Shown here: positions 48,501 through 60,700 of the stretch, one piece after another
How the letters are laid out: each line of letters opens with the position of its first letter
How positions within the stretch are numbered: position 1 is the first letter of the stretch
NCBI GenBank assembly: GCA_030141605.1
Contig: JAQGDQ010001008.1
Span: 6,928 to 70,927, forward strand
Length of the DNA: 64,000 nt
DNA from: Tubiluchus corallicola
Taxonomy: Eukaryota; Animalia; Priapulida
Reading direction: 5' to 3'
Made by a program: the position numbers and the translations under genes
Notes under the pieces: generated by a model
What the model saw: the letters and a program-made list of their open reading frames with translations, nothing else
What the model was told of the DNA's origin: nothing
Database searches by the model: none

Positions 48501-50685
48501 TGAACGCATGCGTGGCGAGCCGAGTAGAGCCGAGCGTAACCGACCGCGCCCGAGAGTAGTCACGCACAACATTTGAATCGCCTAACATCGCTAAGTGCTT
48601 TCTACGCTTATTTTTCTCTGCTTTTCCATGCAGGAATAATTATGTTTTTCTTTCTGAGCAATTCTATTATGTTTTTCTTATCAATTATATCATATCTACT
48701 GTTTAAATAAACATTTTCGCATTATTATATTTCATTTTAGTAATACTTTACAGTTCATTTGGTGCTTGAGAATGGATTATTTGCTTTTACATTATTTCTT
48801 ATGAGAATAAATGATTCGGTTCTCAACCAAATCTGTTTTCAAACCGTTTTTAGGAAAGAATTATGGTCGAAAACAGAGGTGCTACTGTATTTAAAAATAT
48901 TTGAATAGTTTAACAAAATCAGCCATCGACATGAAATGGCTAATCAAACGTCCAAACGGAATATATTATTTGCGTAAATAGCAAATATGAACTTTTTATG
49001 CGTTAGTGATAAACAAGTGGGTACTAATGTACGTTAACATACAATTAAGTACGTAAATTTTATACGCTACTAAAATTTATTTACTATTTTAATATAGTAT
49101 GAATCCACAATGACACAACATCCGATCGAGGACCTTTCATTTGATATATAGATCGCCACAAATATATATATATAAGATTCAAGGCAAGAGCTCCGACGAC
49201 GGCACCATTTGCGGCAATCTATATATCAAACGAAAGGTATATATTGTTGGTTGGCATCCTTCTGTCTCGGAAGACAATGGAGTGTGCTCCAAGAGAGTCA
49301 GTTATTGATCACATTGATGGAGCTGCAGCGTCGACTGTGGCTGAGCAGTGTGATCCTTGAACGTCTCCAGGGCGCACGCCTGGGCAAAGTGTATGGAGAT
49401 CCTGTGTTGCCCAGACAACAGGAACCCCCTCTCTTCCTCCCTGGTGTAGTCCAAAGGAAAGCGGAGTGATACGTTTGGCACCAGGTTGGCTGCAGGAGCT
49501 GCCGGAGTCAGTGAGCATGCTGCACTGGTCCGCATTCGGGGCTCCACTCCTGATTTGGAAGGTTTACTCCTCTACACATGGCCATTGGGTCACTTGACCT
49601 CCTCCGCCCTCTAGCCGTTGGCTGCTTGTGCAGCTCCTCCGCCTAGTGTCGAGATACAGTGTGGGCATCCTGCAAGCCTACAGCACCTGGTATTCCTAAG
49701 CGGTCACCCATCTAAGTACTAACCAGGCTCTATGTTGCTTAACTTCGGTGATCAGACGAGAACCGGTGTTTTCAACGTGATTTGGACGTAGTTATATATA
49801 TGTATATATATATATACCACCGAAATTAATATATAGATTATATATTTAAAATAGTAGTAATGAAATTGAAACTTACGTTATCATATGTATCCTTGACCAA
49901 CAAGAGGACAGGAGAGTCCACGTTGGCCATGTGCCGATAAATTGTCTTTAAAGAGAAACCGTCCCGATGAGTGCTGTACAGCTGCGTCCAACAGTACCCC
50001 TCGGCTCTTGCCGGAAGATTCTGCATCAACTGCAACCAGAAATCAAAATGTGGAATGGACGTGGAGACGGCAGAGTTACGTGGAGTTAATCCGCTGATTA
50101 TTTCCTCGCATCTGCCATCTTTTCAGCGCGAAACCATTTAAGACACACAGTTACAGGGATGAGAATGACAAATTGCAAAAAACTCTGAAACAGGCCGGGG
50201 GGTTGGGGGCCGCATAAGCCCCCATGGGGGTTCAAGGGGGTGAAGGAACAAATTGCAATTTTGTAACCAAAGAGAGCCTCTAAGTGGACTTAAAATATGA
50301 ATTACCTTGTTTCATGCATAATTTAAAATACCCAACTATCAAGGATACATGATACCTAATTGTCTCAAAAACGCCTAAGTACTGGCCGCTCCTATGCAAA
50401 AGTATATAAAAACTGTCTGCAATTGACTCAAATAACTCCGCACAATCGATTCTATATTTTTATACATAGAGTTATACACGTGGTTACAATGATGTACGTG
50501 ATGTAAACAAAGTGACGGCCTGCCAACTAGAGGTCAGCTTGTGAAATAATGTACCGTGTCCGTAAAAATGTTCTCAATGAATTTACACGATTTACAAAAA
50601 TGGCACTACTGGTCTTCCAAAAACTCAGGATTCCGTGTATCCGCGGAAAATTCTCATCCGTGCAGTTACAAAATACCACAATAAA

Positions 50686-50732
<47 letters not shown>

Positions 50733-51650
50733 CATCATCATCATCATCATCATCATTACATTAGCAACATATCCACTTACTTTCCTAATATGATCTTCTT
50801 TCAGTATCTCCGTGTGTCCGTGAAGTTCGGGTAGAGGTAAGTTCAGCTCCACCTCCAGCGCGGTCATCCTACGACGAGCCTCCTCCACCGTGATGATCTA
50901 CAAGCGACAAACGAGATTTAATCTCCCACCCGCAGCAAAGGTGTGTTTGCAGATACCTGTCGCCGTGGAAGCAGCTTCCTTTATTACTTCATAGCATCCG
51001 TTTGTTATGTCACAGAGTGTGCTTATGTGCACTTGTCTCCATGACAACGGTACTGAAGACCTCATATGCGTAATTTAAGCTTCAACAATCATAAGAATGA
51101 GGATATTGCAAAACTTCTCTGGTAAAGAAACGCATGAGGCCTGACGGGGATCCCACAAAATTTGAAAATAAAGTTCCCTGATTTTTCCCTGACCAAATAT
51201 TGATTTTCCGTGACCAAGATAAGCAGAAATTGTATTACCAGTAAACATATTCAAACATTTTTGTGTACGGACATTCATACGTATACTGATATATAACGTG
51301 TCGGCACAGTTGCAGCAGTGCTAATGAAATTACACTAATCACATTAAATAAACTTTCTTAATCCAATCATTATGTTTGGAACAGAAATCAAAACTGGGAA
51401 CCTGCTATAGCAAAATTTTATTTCAACACGAATCGCTGAAAAAATATTTTTTTAAAAATATCCGTTCACGGCAATTATACGGTGATTACTGAATCTTGTC
51501 AATAAGATTAAAAATAAGTTTTTTTGAGAAGTGATCGGTGTGGTGCGGGACGGTATGTACTGAACTTGAAGTTCTCTCTCTCTCTCTCTCCCTTCTCTCT
51601 CTCTCCCTTCTCTCTCTCTCTGTCTCTCTCTCTCTCTCTCAGTCTGTCTC

Positions 51651-51694
<44 letters not shown>

Positions 51695-51753
51695 TCTCAG
51701 TCTGTCTCTCTCTCGCCCTTCTCTCTCTCTCTGTCTCTCTCTCTCTCTCTCAG

Positions 51754-51788
<35 letters not shown>

Positions 51789-54700
51789 CCTCTCTCTCTC
51801 TCCCTCTCTCTCTCTCTCCCTGGAAGGTGACTGAATGACGTTTTAAATAGTTTCCCGAACATTTTGAAATTACTAAGAAATTTCTCTTTTTAGTTACACA
51901 AGTTTTAGTTTATACAAAGTGATAATACTTCTGATAAAACTTTGCATGGAACATAGTTTAACATTTCCATTTCTTGCCCTGATTTACGTTTGCGTAAGTG
52001 ACATCATGTAGTGGCACTTGATCATTAAAGCAACAAGAAAACCCTCCACTTACATAAAACTCAAAATATTCGTCTCGAAATTTTATACCACTTACATACT
52101 AGCTTTTCGTATGCAAGGCTTGCATCGGCCGTAACGCTGTATAAAACATGTAAATCTAAGCTCTCGCGATGACCGTTGGACGCAGCCATTTTAATGGTAG
52201 GTCGTTTGAAACAAGTTTAGATAACATTTTGTAAAGTTTGAAAAAATAATCAGAGTATTCGTAGCATGAACGTTGCTAATTAAGTAAAATTTTAAATTAC
52301 TGTATCTTGTCAATAAGATTGAAAATACGTTTTTGGTTAGTGAGTGGCGCACCCTGGAGGGTGAGTCAGCAACATTTTACCAATTGGCACAAACATTTTA
52401 AATCATTAGTCTGGTTGCATAAGTCTTTCCAGCAGGTAAGTGAAATGCTAAGTAATGTAGATTTGCATGGAAAGTTTTTTGGGGTCATAATTTAACATTT
52501 CCTTTTCTTCCCTGATTTACGTGGCGTAGTGACATCATGTAATGGCGCCATTGGAACAGTACTGCGGGAAATTTAAAATTAAAACAAACAAAAATCCTTT
52601 TAATGCGAGTACGATGTACGCATAAAATTGCTGTAAACTCATATCATTTTTGAGGCGGTTTTTTAGGAACCTACTTCAGGTACCCCTTTTCTTGTGCTTT
52701 AATGCTTTCGTTGTGTCTAATGTTTTATACTTGGAAAGACAATACTAAGATGCGTTGAACGGCCTTCCGAAACGCGATCAGATTTGTATGACGCAACAGA
52801 CAAATGTCTCGTTAACAAGGATGAGAATGACAAATTGCAAAAAACTCTGAAACAGGTCGGAGGTTTGGGGGCCGTGAAACCCCCTTGGAGCCAGCAATAA
52901 ATTGCAATTTTGTGACCACAGAGAGCCTCTCCAAGTGGACTTAAAATATCAGTTACCTTGTTTCATGCATAATTTAAAATACCCAACTATCAAGGATACA
53001 TGATACCTAATTGTATCAAAAACGCCTAAGTACTGGCTGCTTCTATGCAAAAGTATATAAAAACTTCCTGCAATTGACTCAAATAACTCCGCACAATTGA
53101 TTATGTTTTTATACATAGAGATGTACACGTGGTTACACTGATGTACGTGATGTAAACAAAGTGACGGCCTGCCACCTAGCGGTCAGCTTGTGAAATAATG
53201 TACTGGGTCCGTAAAAATTTTCTCAACGAATTTACACGATTTAGAAAAATGGCACTACTGGTCTTCCAAAAACTCGGAATTCCGCGGAAAATTCTCATTC
53301 CTGCATTAAGCGGTTTTTAAATAAACCGAATTAAACAAAATTCATCAAACCTCGAACAGCGGAATGAACGCTCATACGAACCTCCCAGTCCTTCTCTATC
53401 CGAGGCTCCAAGCCGAAGTGTTCCTCGTCCATGCCTAACTGTTCGGTATCCTCGTCGTCAATGACAACAAAACCCTCCTGAGCAGTCTGCGCTGTCGCCG
53501 CCTGCTGGTTACCGTAGATACTCGGGTTCCATTGAATGAAGAACGCGTATAAATGATCCACACTGAAAGTAATCATAAATACTGGCAATAAATAAATAAT
53601 TCTTTGGCATGTGGATGCCTAACACGTGCTGTCACCCCCACCCCCCCTATTATATACGCAGTGGTACTAAATACAGAAATTTTAATTGCCGTTCTGTTAG
53701 CTGTGAAAAATCGTTTTTCATATCAACCATTAACATGTGGAACAACTTACCACAGAACATTCGTGAAATTACATCCATTTCACACTTCAAACAAGAGCTC
53801 AAATCTCATTTAAGTTTTTCGTTGCGTAAGAAACATTTTTCATTTGGTAAACCTCCAATATCAGTGCATCATACGCGCATGAGAATCGGATTTTCTCAGC
53901 TAAACTATGACCTTTTCTCTAAAAGCTGTAAAGCTAAAGGCTGTAAAGATAATAACGGTCATCCAATATTGCCGAATTGTAACTGTGGATTTCGATTTGA
54001 GTCTGTTGAACACATTTTGTTGCACTGCCCATTGTATCAACAAACTAGGGTTGTTATATTTGATAAATTAAATGAAATACTTCTGCCCGAAAACCTTAAT
54101 ATAGCTGCTTTAGGAACTAATGATCTGTTGAAGTTGTTATTATTCGGTAAAGATGAATTTAACTATGTTGCTAACTGTAAAATATTCTAATGCATACATG
54201 ACTTTATATTACGTACTAAACGCTTGCAGTAGTTTCTATCTGATATAAAATGCATCAGTCTTAAATATTCGTATATTAATTTTTACTAACCGTCATAAAA
54301 TACTAATGTCTAATGTATTCTTGTAGTAAAACTTGTCAGCTTGTGTAGTTATAGTCTATTCTTACTGTAAATGTTACTAATGTCTAATGTAATCTTGTAG
54401 TAAAACTTGTCAGCTTGTGTAGTTATAGTCTATTCTTACTGTAAATGTTACTAATGTCTAATGTAATCTTGTAGTAAAACTTGTCAGCTTGTGTAGTTAT
54501 AGTCTATTCTTACTGTAAATGTTACTAATGTCTAATGTAATCTTGTAGTAAAACTTGTCAGCTTGTGTAGTTATAGTCTATTCTTACTGTAAATGTTACT
54601 AATGTCTAATGTAATCTTGTAGTAAAACTTGTCAGCTTGTGTAGTTATAGTCTATTCTTACTGTAAATGTTACTAATGTCTAATGTAATCTTGTAGTAAA

Positions 54701-57700
54701 ACTTGTCAGCTTGTGTAGTTATAGTCAATTCTTACTGTAAATGTTACTAATGTCTAATGTAATCTTGTAGTAAAACTTGTCAGCTTGTGTAGTTATAGTC
54801 TATTCTTACTGTAAATGTTACTAATGTCTAATGTAATCTTGTAGTAAAACTTGTCAGCTTGTGTAGTTATAGTCTATTCTTACTGTAAATGTTACTAATG
54901 TCTGATGTAATCTTGTAGTAAAACTTGTCAGCTTGTGTAGTTATAGTCTATTCTTACTGTAAATGTTACTAATATCTAATGTAATCTTGTAGTAAAACTT
55001 GTCAGCTTGTGTAGTTATAGTCTATTCTTACTGTAAATGTTACTAATGTCTAATGTAATCTTGTAGTAAAACTTGTCAGCTTGTGTAGTTATAGTCTAAT
55101 CTTACTGTAAATGTTACGAATGTCTAATGTAATCTTGTAGTAAAACTTGTCAGCTTGTGTAGTTATAGTCTATTCTTACTGTAAATGTTACTAATGTCTA
55201 ATGTAATCTTGTAGTAAAACTTGTCAGCTTGTGTAGTTATAGTCTATTCTTACTGTAAATGTTACTAATGTCTAATGTAATCTTGTGGTAAAACTTGTCA
55301 GCTTGTGTAGTTATAGTCTATTCTTACTGTAAATGTTACTAATGTCTAATGTAATCTTGTAGTAAAACTTGTCAGCTTGTGCAGTTATAGTCTATTCTTA
55401 CTGTAAATGTTTTTGTAAATAGTGTATAAAGTCTGTTGTGGTGAGGATCCTAAATCATGTTGTACAAACTGTCTGATCCAATCCAAAATAAATTATGTTT
55501 AAACTAACTAACACATGTCGCATGTGCACTTAACTTACTGTTGCAATATTCATGACAGGTGTGCAAACATTAATATTCCACGAGCAATTGACTCACTCAC
55601 AAAAAACGAACTCCGGTTTAGGGCGAGAAAACCGTTGGCAATTGCAGTTAAGCAATACTGGGTTTGGTTAGAGGCTGGATGAGCGATGACCGGGTCTGAC
55701 ATTTGTGTTCTTTTTATGACACGACACGATGTTCTTGTACAATGTACACAAAATGAACCTTGGTTTAAGGTGAAAGAACCATTGGCGAGTTAAGCAATGC
55801 TGGGTCTGGCGATAGAATGGATAAGTGACGACCGAGTCAGACATTTGTGTTCTTTATATGGCACAACAAGACTTTCTTCTACAATGTACACAAACTAAAA
55901 TCGTGGTTTAAGGCGAAAAAACCATGGTGGATGCTGGGCAATTACAGTTAAGCAATGCTGGGTGTGGCTAAAGACTGGATGAGTGATGACCATGTCTGAT
56001 ATTTTATTTGTGTGCTTTACATGAAACAACTTCTTTGTACACAAATTAGAGAACCACTGTGGATGCTTGGTGACCACAGTTAAGCAACGCTGGGTCTGTT
56101 TAGCGAATGGATGAGTGATGATCGAGTCCGACATTCGTGTTTTTAGACGCTAGTTTCAGTCTCTGTACTACCTCAAACAATCTTACTTCCTAGTGAAGCG
56201 ATGTTCACACATCCAAACCTATGAAATTTCTGTTCATTGTTCTTTATAATGAAGAAAGGTACCGGTACTTCCACAACCACCAAACAGTGAATCCCAGCAT
56301 GCAAAGAAATCGTAGTTAGTTATTAATACAAGACCTTTACAGTACAAATATACGTACGTACAAATGCAAATAGCTAAGATGTGTGAGAACGAGATTTCCT
56401 TTTCTAAAGTAATTGTTCGTGGTGAACATCTGAGGCTCAAATTCGATTCAAACAAGTTTTTTTTCAGCTTGAATTCGATTCGAACGTAAAATTAAAGATT
56501 TAAATAATTCAGCACTTCAGCCACATACATTCTTTATCATTAAAAAACATTTGAAGCATCATGCCACTAGCACATTTGAAACATCATGCCACTAGCACAT
56601 TTGAAACATCGTGCCACTAGCACATTTGAAACATCGTGCCACCAGCACATTTGAAACATCATGAAACTAGCACATTTGAAATATCGTGCCACTAGCACAT
56701 TTGAAACATCATGCCACTAGCACATTTGAAGCATCATGCCACTAGCACATTTGAAACATCATGCCACTAGCACATTTGAAACATCATGCCACTAGCACAT
56801 TTGAAGCATCATGAAACTAGCACATTTGAGACATCATGCCACTAGCACATTTGAAACATCATGCCACTAGCACATTTGAAACATCGTGCCACTAGCACAT
56901 TTGAAACATCGTGCCACCAGCACATTTGAAACATCATGAAACTAGCACATTTGAGACATCGTGCCACTAGCACATTTGAAACATCGTGCCACTAGCACAT
57001 TTGAAGCATCATGCCACTAGCACATTTGAAACATCATGCCACTAGCACATTTGAAACATCATGCCACTAGCACATTTGAAGCATCATGAAACTAGCACAT
57101 TTGAGACATCATGCCACTAGCACATTTGAAACATCATGCCACTAGCACATTTGAAACATCATGCCACTAGCACATTTGAAGCATCATGCCACTAGCACAT
57201 TTGAAACATCATGCCACTACCACATTTGAAACATCATGCCACTAGCACATTTGAAACATCGTGCCACTAGCACATTTGAAACATCATGCCACTAGCACAT
57301 TTGAAACATCGTGCCACTAGCACATTTGAAACATCATGCCACTAGCACGGTTCGATTGCCGTTTCTGTGCAAAATTTTTAAACAAATTATTAGTGTTTTT
57401 ACTGCACAAAAAAATCAAGCAATATGCAATATCTTTGCGAAACTCCGCTGATTCGAGTTCGAAAGTCACAAATTCGATTCGAATTCGCTCTCTGGTAAAC
57501 AATGATTCCTCAAATCCTTATTAATTGTACGCTCAACCAGTTTAAAGCACAAGAAAATCCTTACAGAAAATTTAAAAAATTCGTCTCGGAATCTTATACC
57601 ACTTACATACTACCTTTTCGTATGCAGGGCTTGCAGTGGCAGTAACGCTGTATAAAACGTGTAAATCTAAACTCCCGCGATGACCGTTAGACGCAGCCAT

Positions 57701-60700
57701 TTTCACGACAGGTCATTTGAAACAAGTTTTAATAACATTGAGTAAAGTTTGAAAAAATAATCAGAGCATCTTGTCAATAAGATTAAAAATACGTTTAAGT
57801 GGTGCACCCTGGAGAGTGAGTCAGCGACATTTTACCAATTGGTGAAAACATTTTAAATAATTAATAATTTTCTTTTCTAGTTACATAAGTCTTTCTAGCA
57901 GGTTAGCGAAAATGTAAGTAACATAGATTTGCACAGAAAGTCTTTTGGGACATAATTTAACATTGCCTTTTCTTCCCTTGATTTACGTTTGGTGTATGAC
58001 GTCATGTAATGGCGCTGTCGGAACAATATTGCGGGATATTTAAAATGAAGACAAACTAAAATTCCTTTTAACCTGCCATGAAATTTAAAACGAATAAAGT
58101 CTTTCCACGAATTCAAATCAAAATTAAAAGTACATACATACATTTCGCGTAAAGCATAATTTTTCTGAAACCTACTTCAGGTATCCCTTTTCTTGTCCTT
58201 TAATATCAAAAAGACGTTTTATAAATTGAAATATTATCTTACCTACACAGGCAAAACAGCAAGAATGTCATAAGCGGAGATAACGACGCAAAATCATTAC
58301 AACTGACGAACAACAAGATAAAATTTCAGGTTTCATTTAACATTAGATGATAATGTATGGCTTCATTAACATTAGATGATAATGTCTGGCTTCATTAACA
58401 CTAGATGATAAAGTATGGCTTCATTAACACTAGATGATAATGTATGGCTTCATTAACACTAGATGATAACATGGCTTCATGATATCAGAGCTTGTGACTT
58501 TAGTAAACGACAATTGAACGAAAACCCGAAACCCATGTAATTATTACCATAACAACCGACTCTGAGCCAGAAATGGGCGGATAGCGGATTTGCAGTCGTG
58601 TGGTTAAGGAATCCGCACAAATTTTGCAGATTGCGCATGGTGAATTATGCACGGATATGCGGACTGTGGATTTTTAATGTCTAAAATTGCGGATTCCACA
58701 CGAAACTGCGGCATGAAAAAGCCACTTATGTAAATTAAATTTTTAATTACGCAAAGTAAAAATCGTTTGGTATGCGTCACGGCGCCATTTTTACGTGCTT
58801 ACTCCCCCTAACTTTAGAACCTGGCTACGCCCCCCCCCCCGCCCGTAGCTACTCATACCAAACAGTTACGGTGGCTTATTGCAAGACACGGCACAGATGA
58901 ACAGACTCACCGATCTCTCGGAATGGAGTACCAATATTCGGGTTTGAGCCGCTTGGCGTACGATTCTATCGGTACACTTTGACGCTGTTTCGACGTTTTA
59001 CCAACCCGCAGGCACAAGAACAGGGGTGGATCCGAGCAGACGGCCGGCACCGGTGGAATGAGTTCTACAAAAACAATAAACTATTTTAGAGAACTAAAAT
59101 TCATAAGGAATAGAGTAGCTAAGCGAGTTCTACAAGAACAATAAACTATTTTAGAGAACTACGATTCATAAGGAATAAAATAGCCAAGCGAAAATCGAAA
59201 TTTTTTTTGAAGAATTATGTAAACTTTAAACATAAGATCAATTATCATTTGGGAAAAATCCTGTCAGTTTTGAACAAATGTGAGTCTTGCCAAGAAATAA
59301 TTCGAAATCTCTTTCTACTGCCCGCTCTGAGATTCCAAAAAAACTTGGCGATACAGACGGCATTTTGCTTTGCTAATAATTTGGGTGTTAAACAAGGTTA
59401 GCATCGTAAAGGGGGAGGGGGTTACAAGGAGGTTGTCGTTGTAAATGGGAGGGGTTACAACGAGGTTGTCGTCATAAAGGGGAGGGGGTTACAAGGAGGT
59501 TGTCGTCGTAAAGTGGGAGGGGGTTACAACGAGGTTGTCGTCGTAAAGAGGGGAGGGGGTTACAACGAGGTTTGACCATACGAATAAATTAGTTACTAAC
59601 AATGTTATAAGCATGCGCCACAGCCGACACAGTGTTATTATTTCAACAACACACAGCAAGAAGGGGAATCTTAAACGAAAAATAAAAGCCACAAAGCTGA
59701 AAGGTGATGCTTTAAGACTGACTAAAAAACATAACACACAAGAGTAGCAGAAGTAAACAAATAAAAAGCAAAAAAAATTGTTAATACGATCAAAACAAAT
59801 ATCACTAACACCTATTGAAGTTTCGCATGAAACGCAAATCACAAACTGCTACATTAGTCACGTTTTTCACGTTATAAATTAATAGAGTAAATTAAAAAGA
59901 AAACTTAGAATAATTTAGTTTTTACAATAACGAAATGAGTATCTAAGAATTGAGTACTAAAAGTGAAAAAGAATCACTTAGAAATACAAAATCACCAACA
60001 AAATCTCGTGCAGAGAGAGAGAGAAAGAGTTAATTTGAGGAAAAAATGCCATAGCCCTTACCACTATTGCCTACTTCTTTACAGCATGAAAAGAAAAAAA
60101 TATTTTAATATTCTTTAACTCTCACTAGGACCAAGAACATGTGTACTACACTATCTTTTTTCAATTAATCAATCAATCAATCAATTTATTTCACTCCAGT
60201 AATACATATACAATTCATCAACATACAATATTATTGAGAAAAAAGAAACAGTATAGGTAAAAAAACGTTGATGAAGTCAAATTAACCAAATAAAAGAGTT
60301 GCTGTATGACACCTTGAAAGCTTGGCTTGTTAAGGTGGCACAAATGAGTGAATGAAAGAATGGTTAGGGTTAGTAGACGTGATGGAATGGAAAAAATAGT
60401 AAGATTAGGGATAGGAAGAAGGAAGGGAGGGGAGAATGAGTGAATGAAAGAATGGTTAGGGTCAGAAGAAATGATAGAATGGAAAAATAGTAAGATTACA
60501 GATAGGACGAAAAAAGGGAAGGAAGGATGAGTGAATGAAAGAATGGTTAGGGTCAGAAGAAATGATGGAATGGAAAAAATAGTAAGATTAGGGATAGGAA
60601 GAAGGAAGGGAGGGGAGGATGAGTGAATGAAAGAATGGTTAGGGTCAGAAGAAATGATGGAATGGAAAAAAATAGTAAGATTAGGGATAGGAAGAAGGAA

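Noticed and set aside
49674-49792. Functional 5S rRNA gene (also 5324-5433)
   Set aside because: No oligo-T terminator, mismatched terminal stem, fused to the same SINE-like body in both copies.
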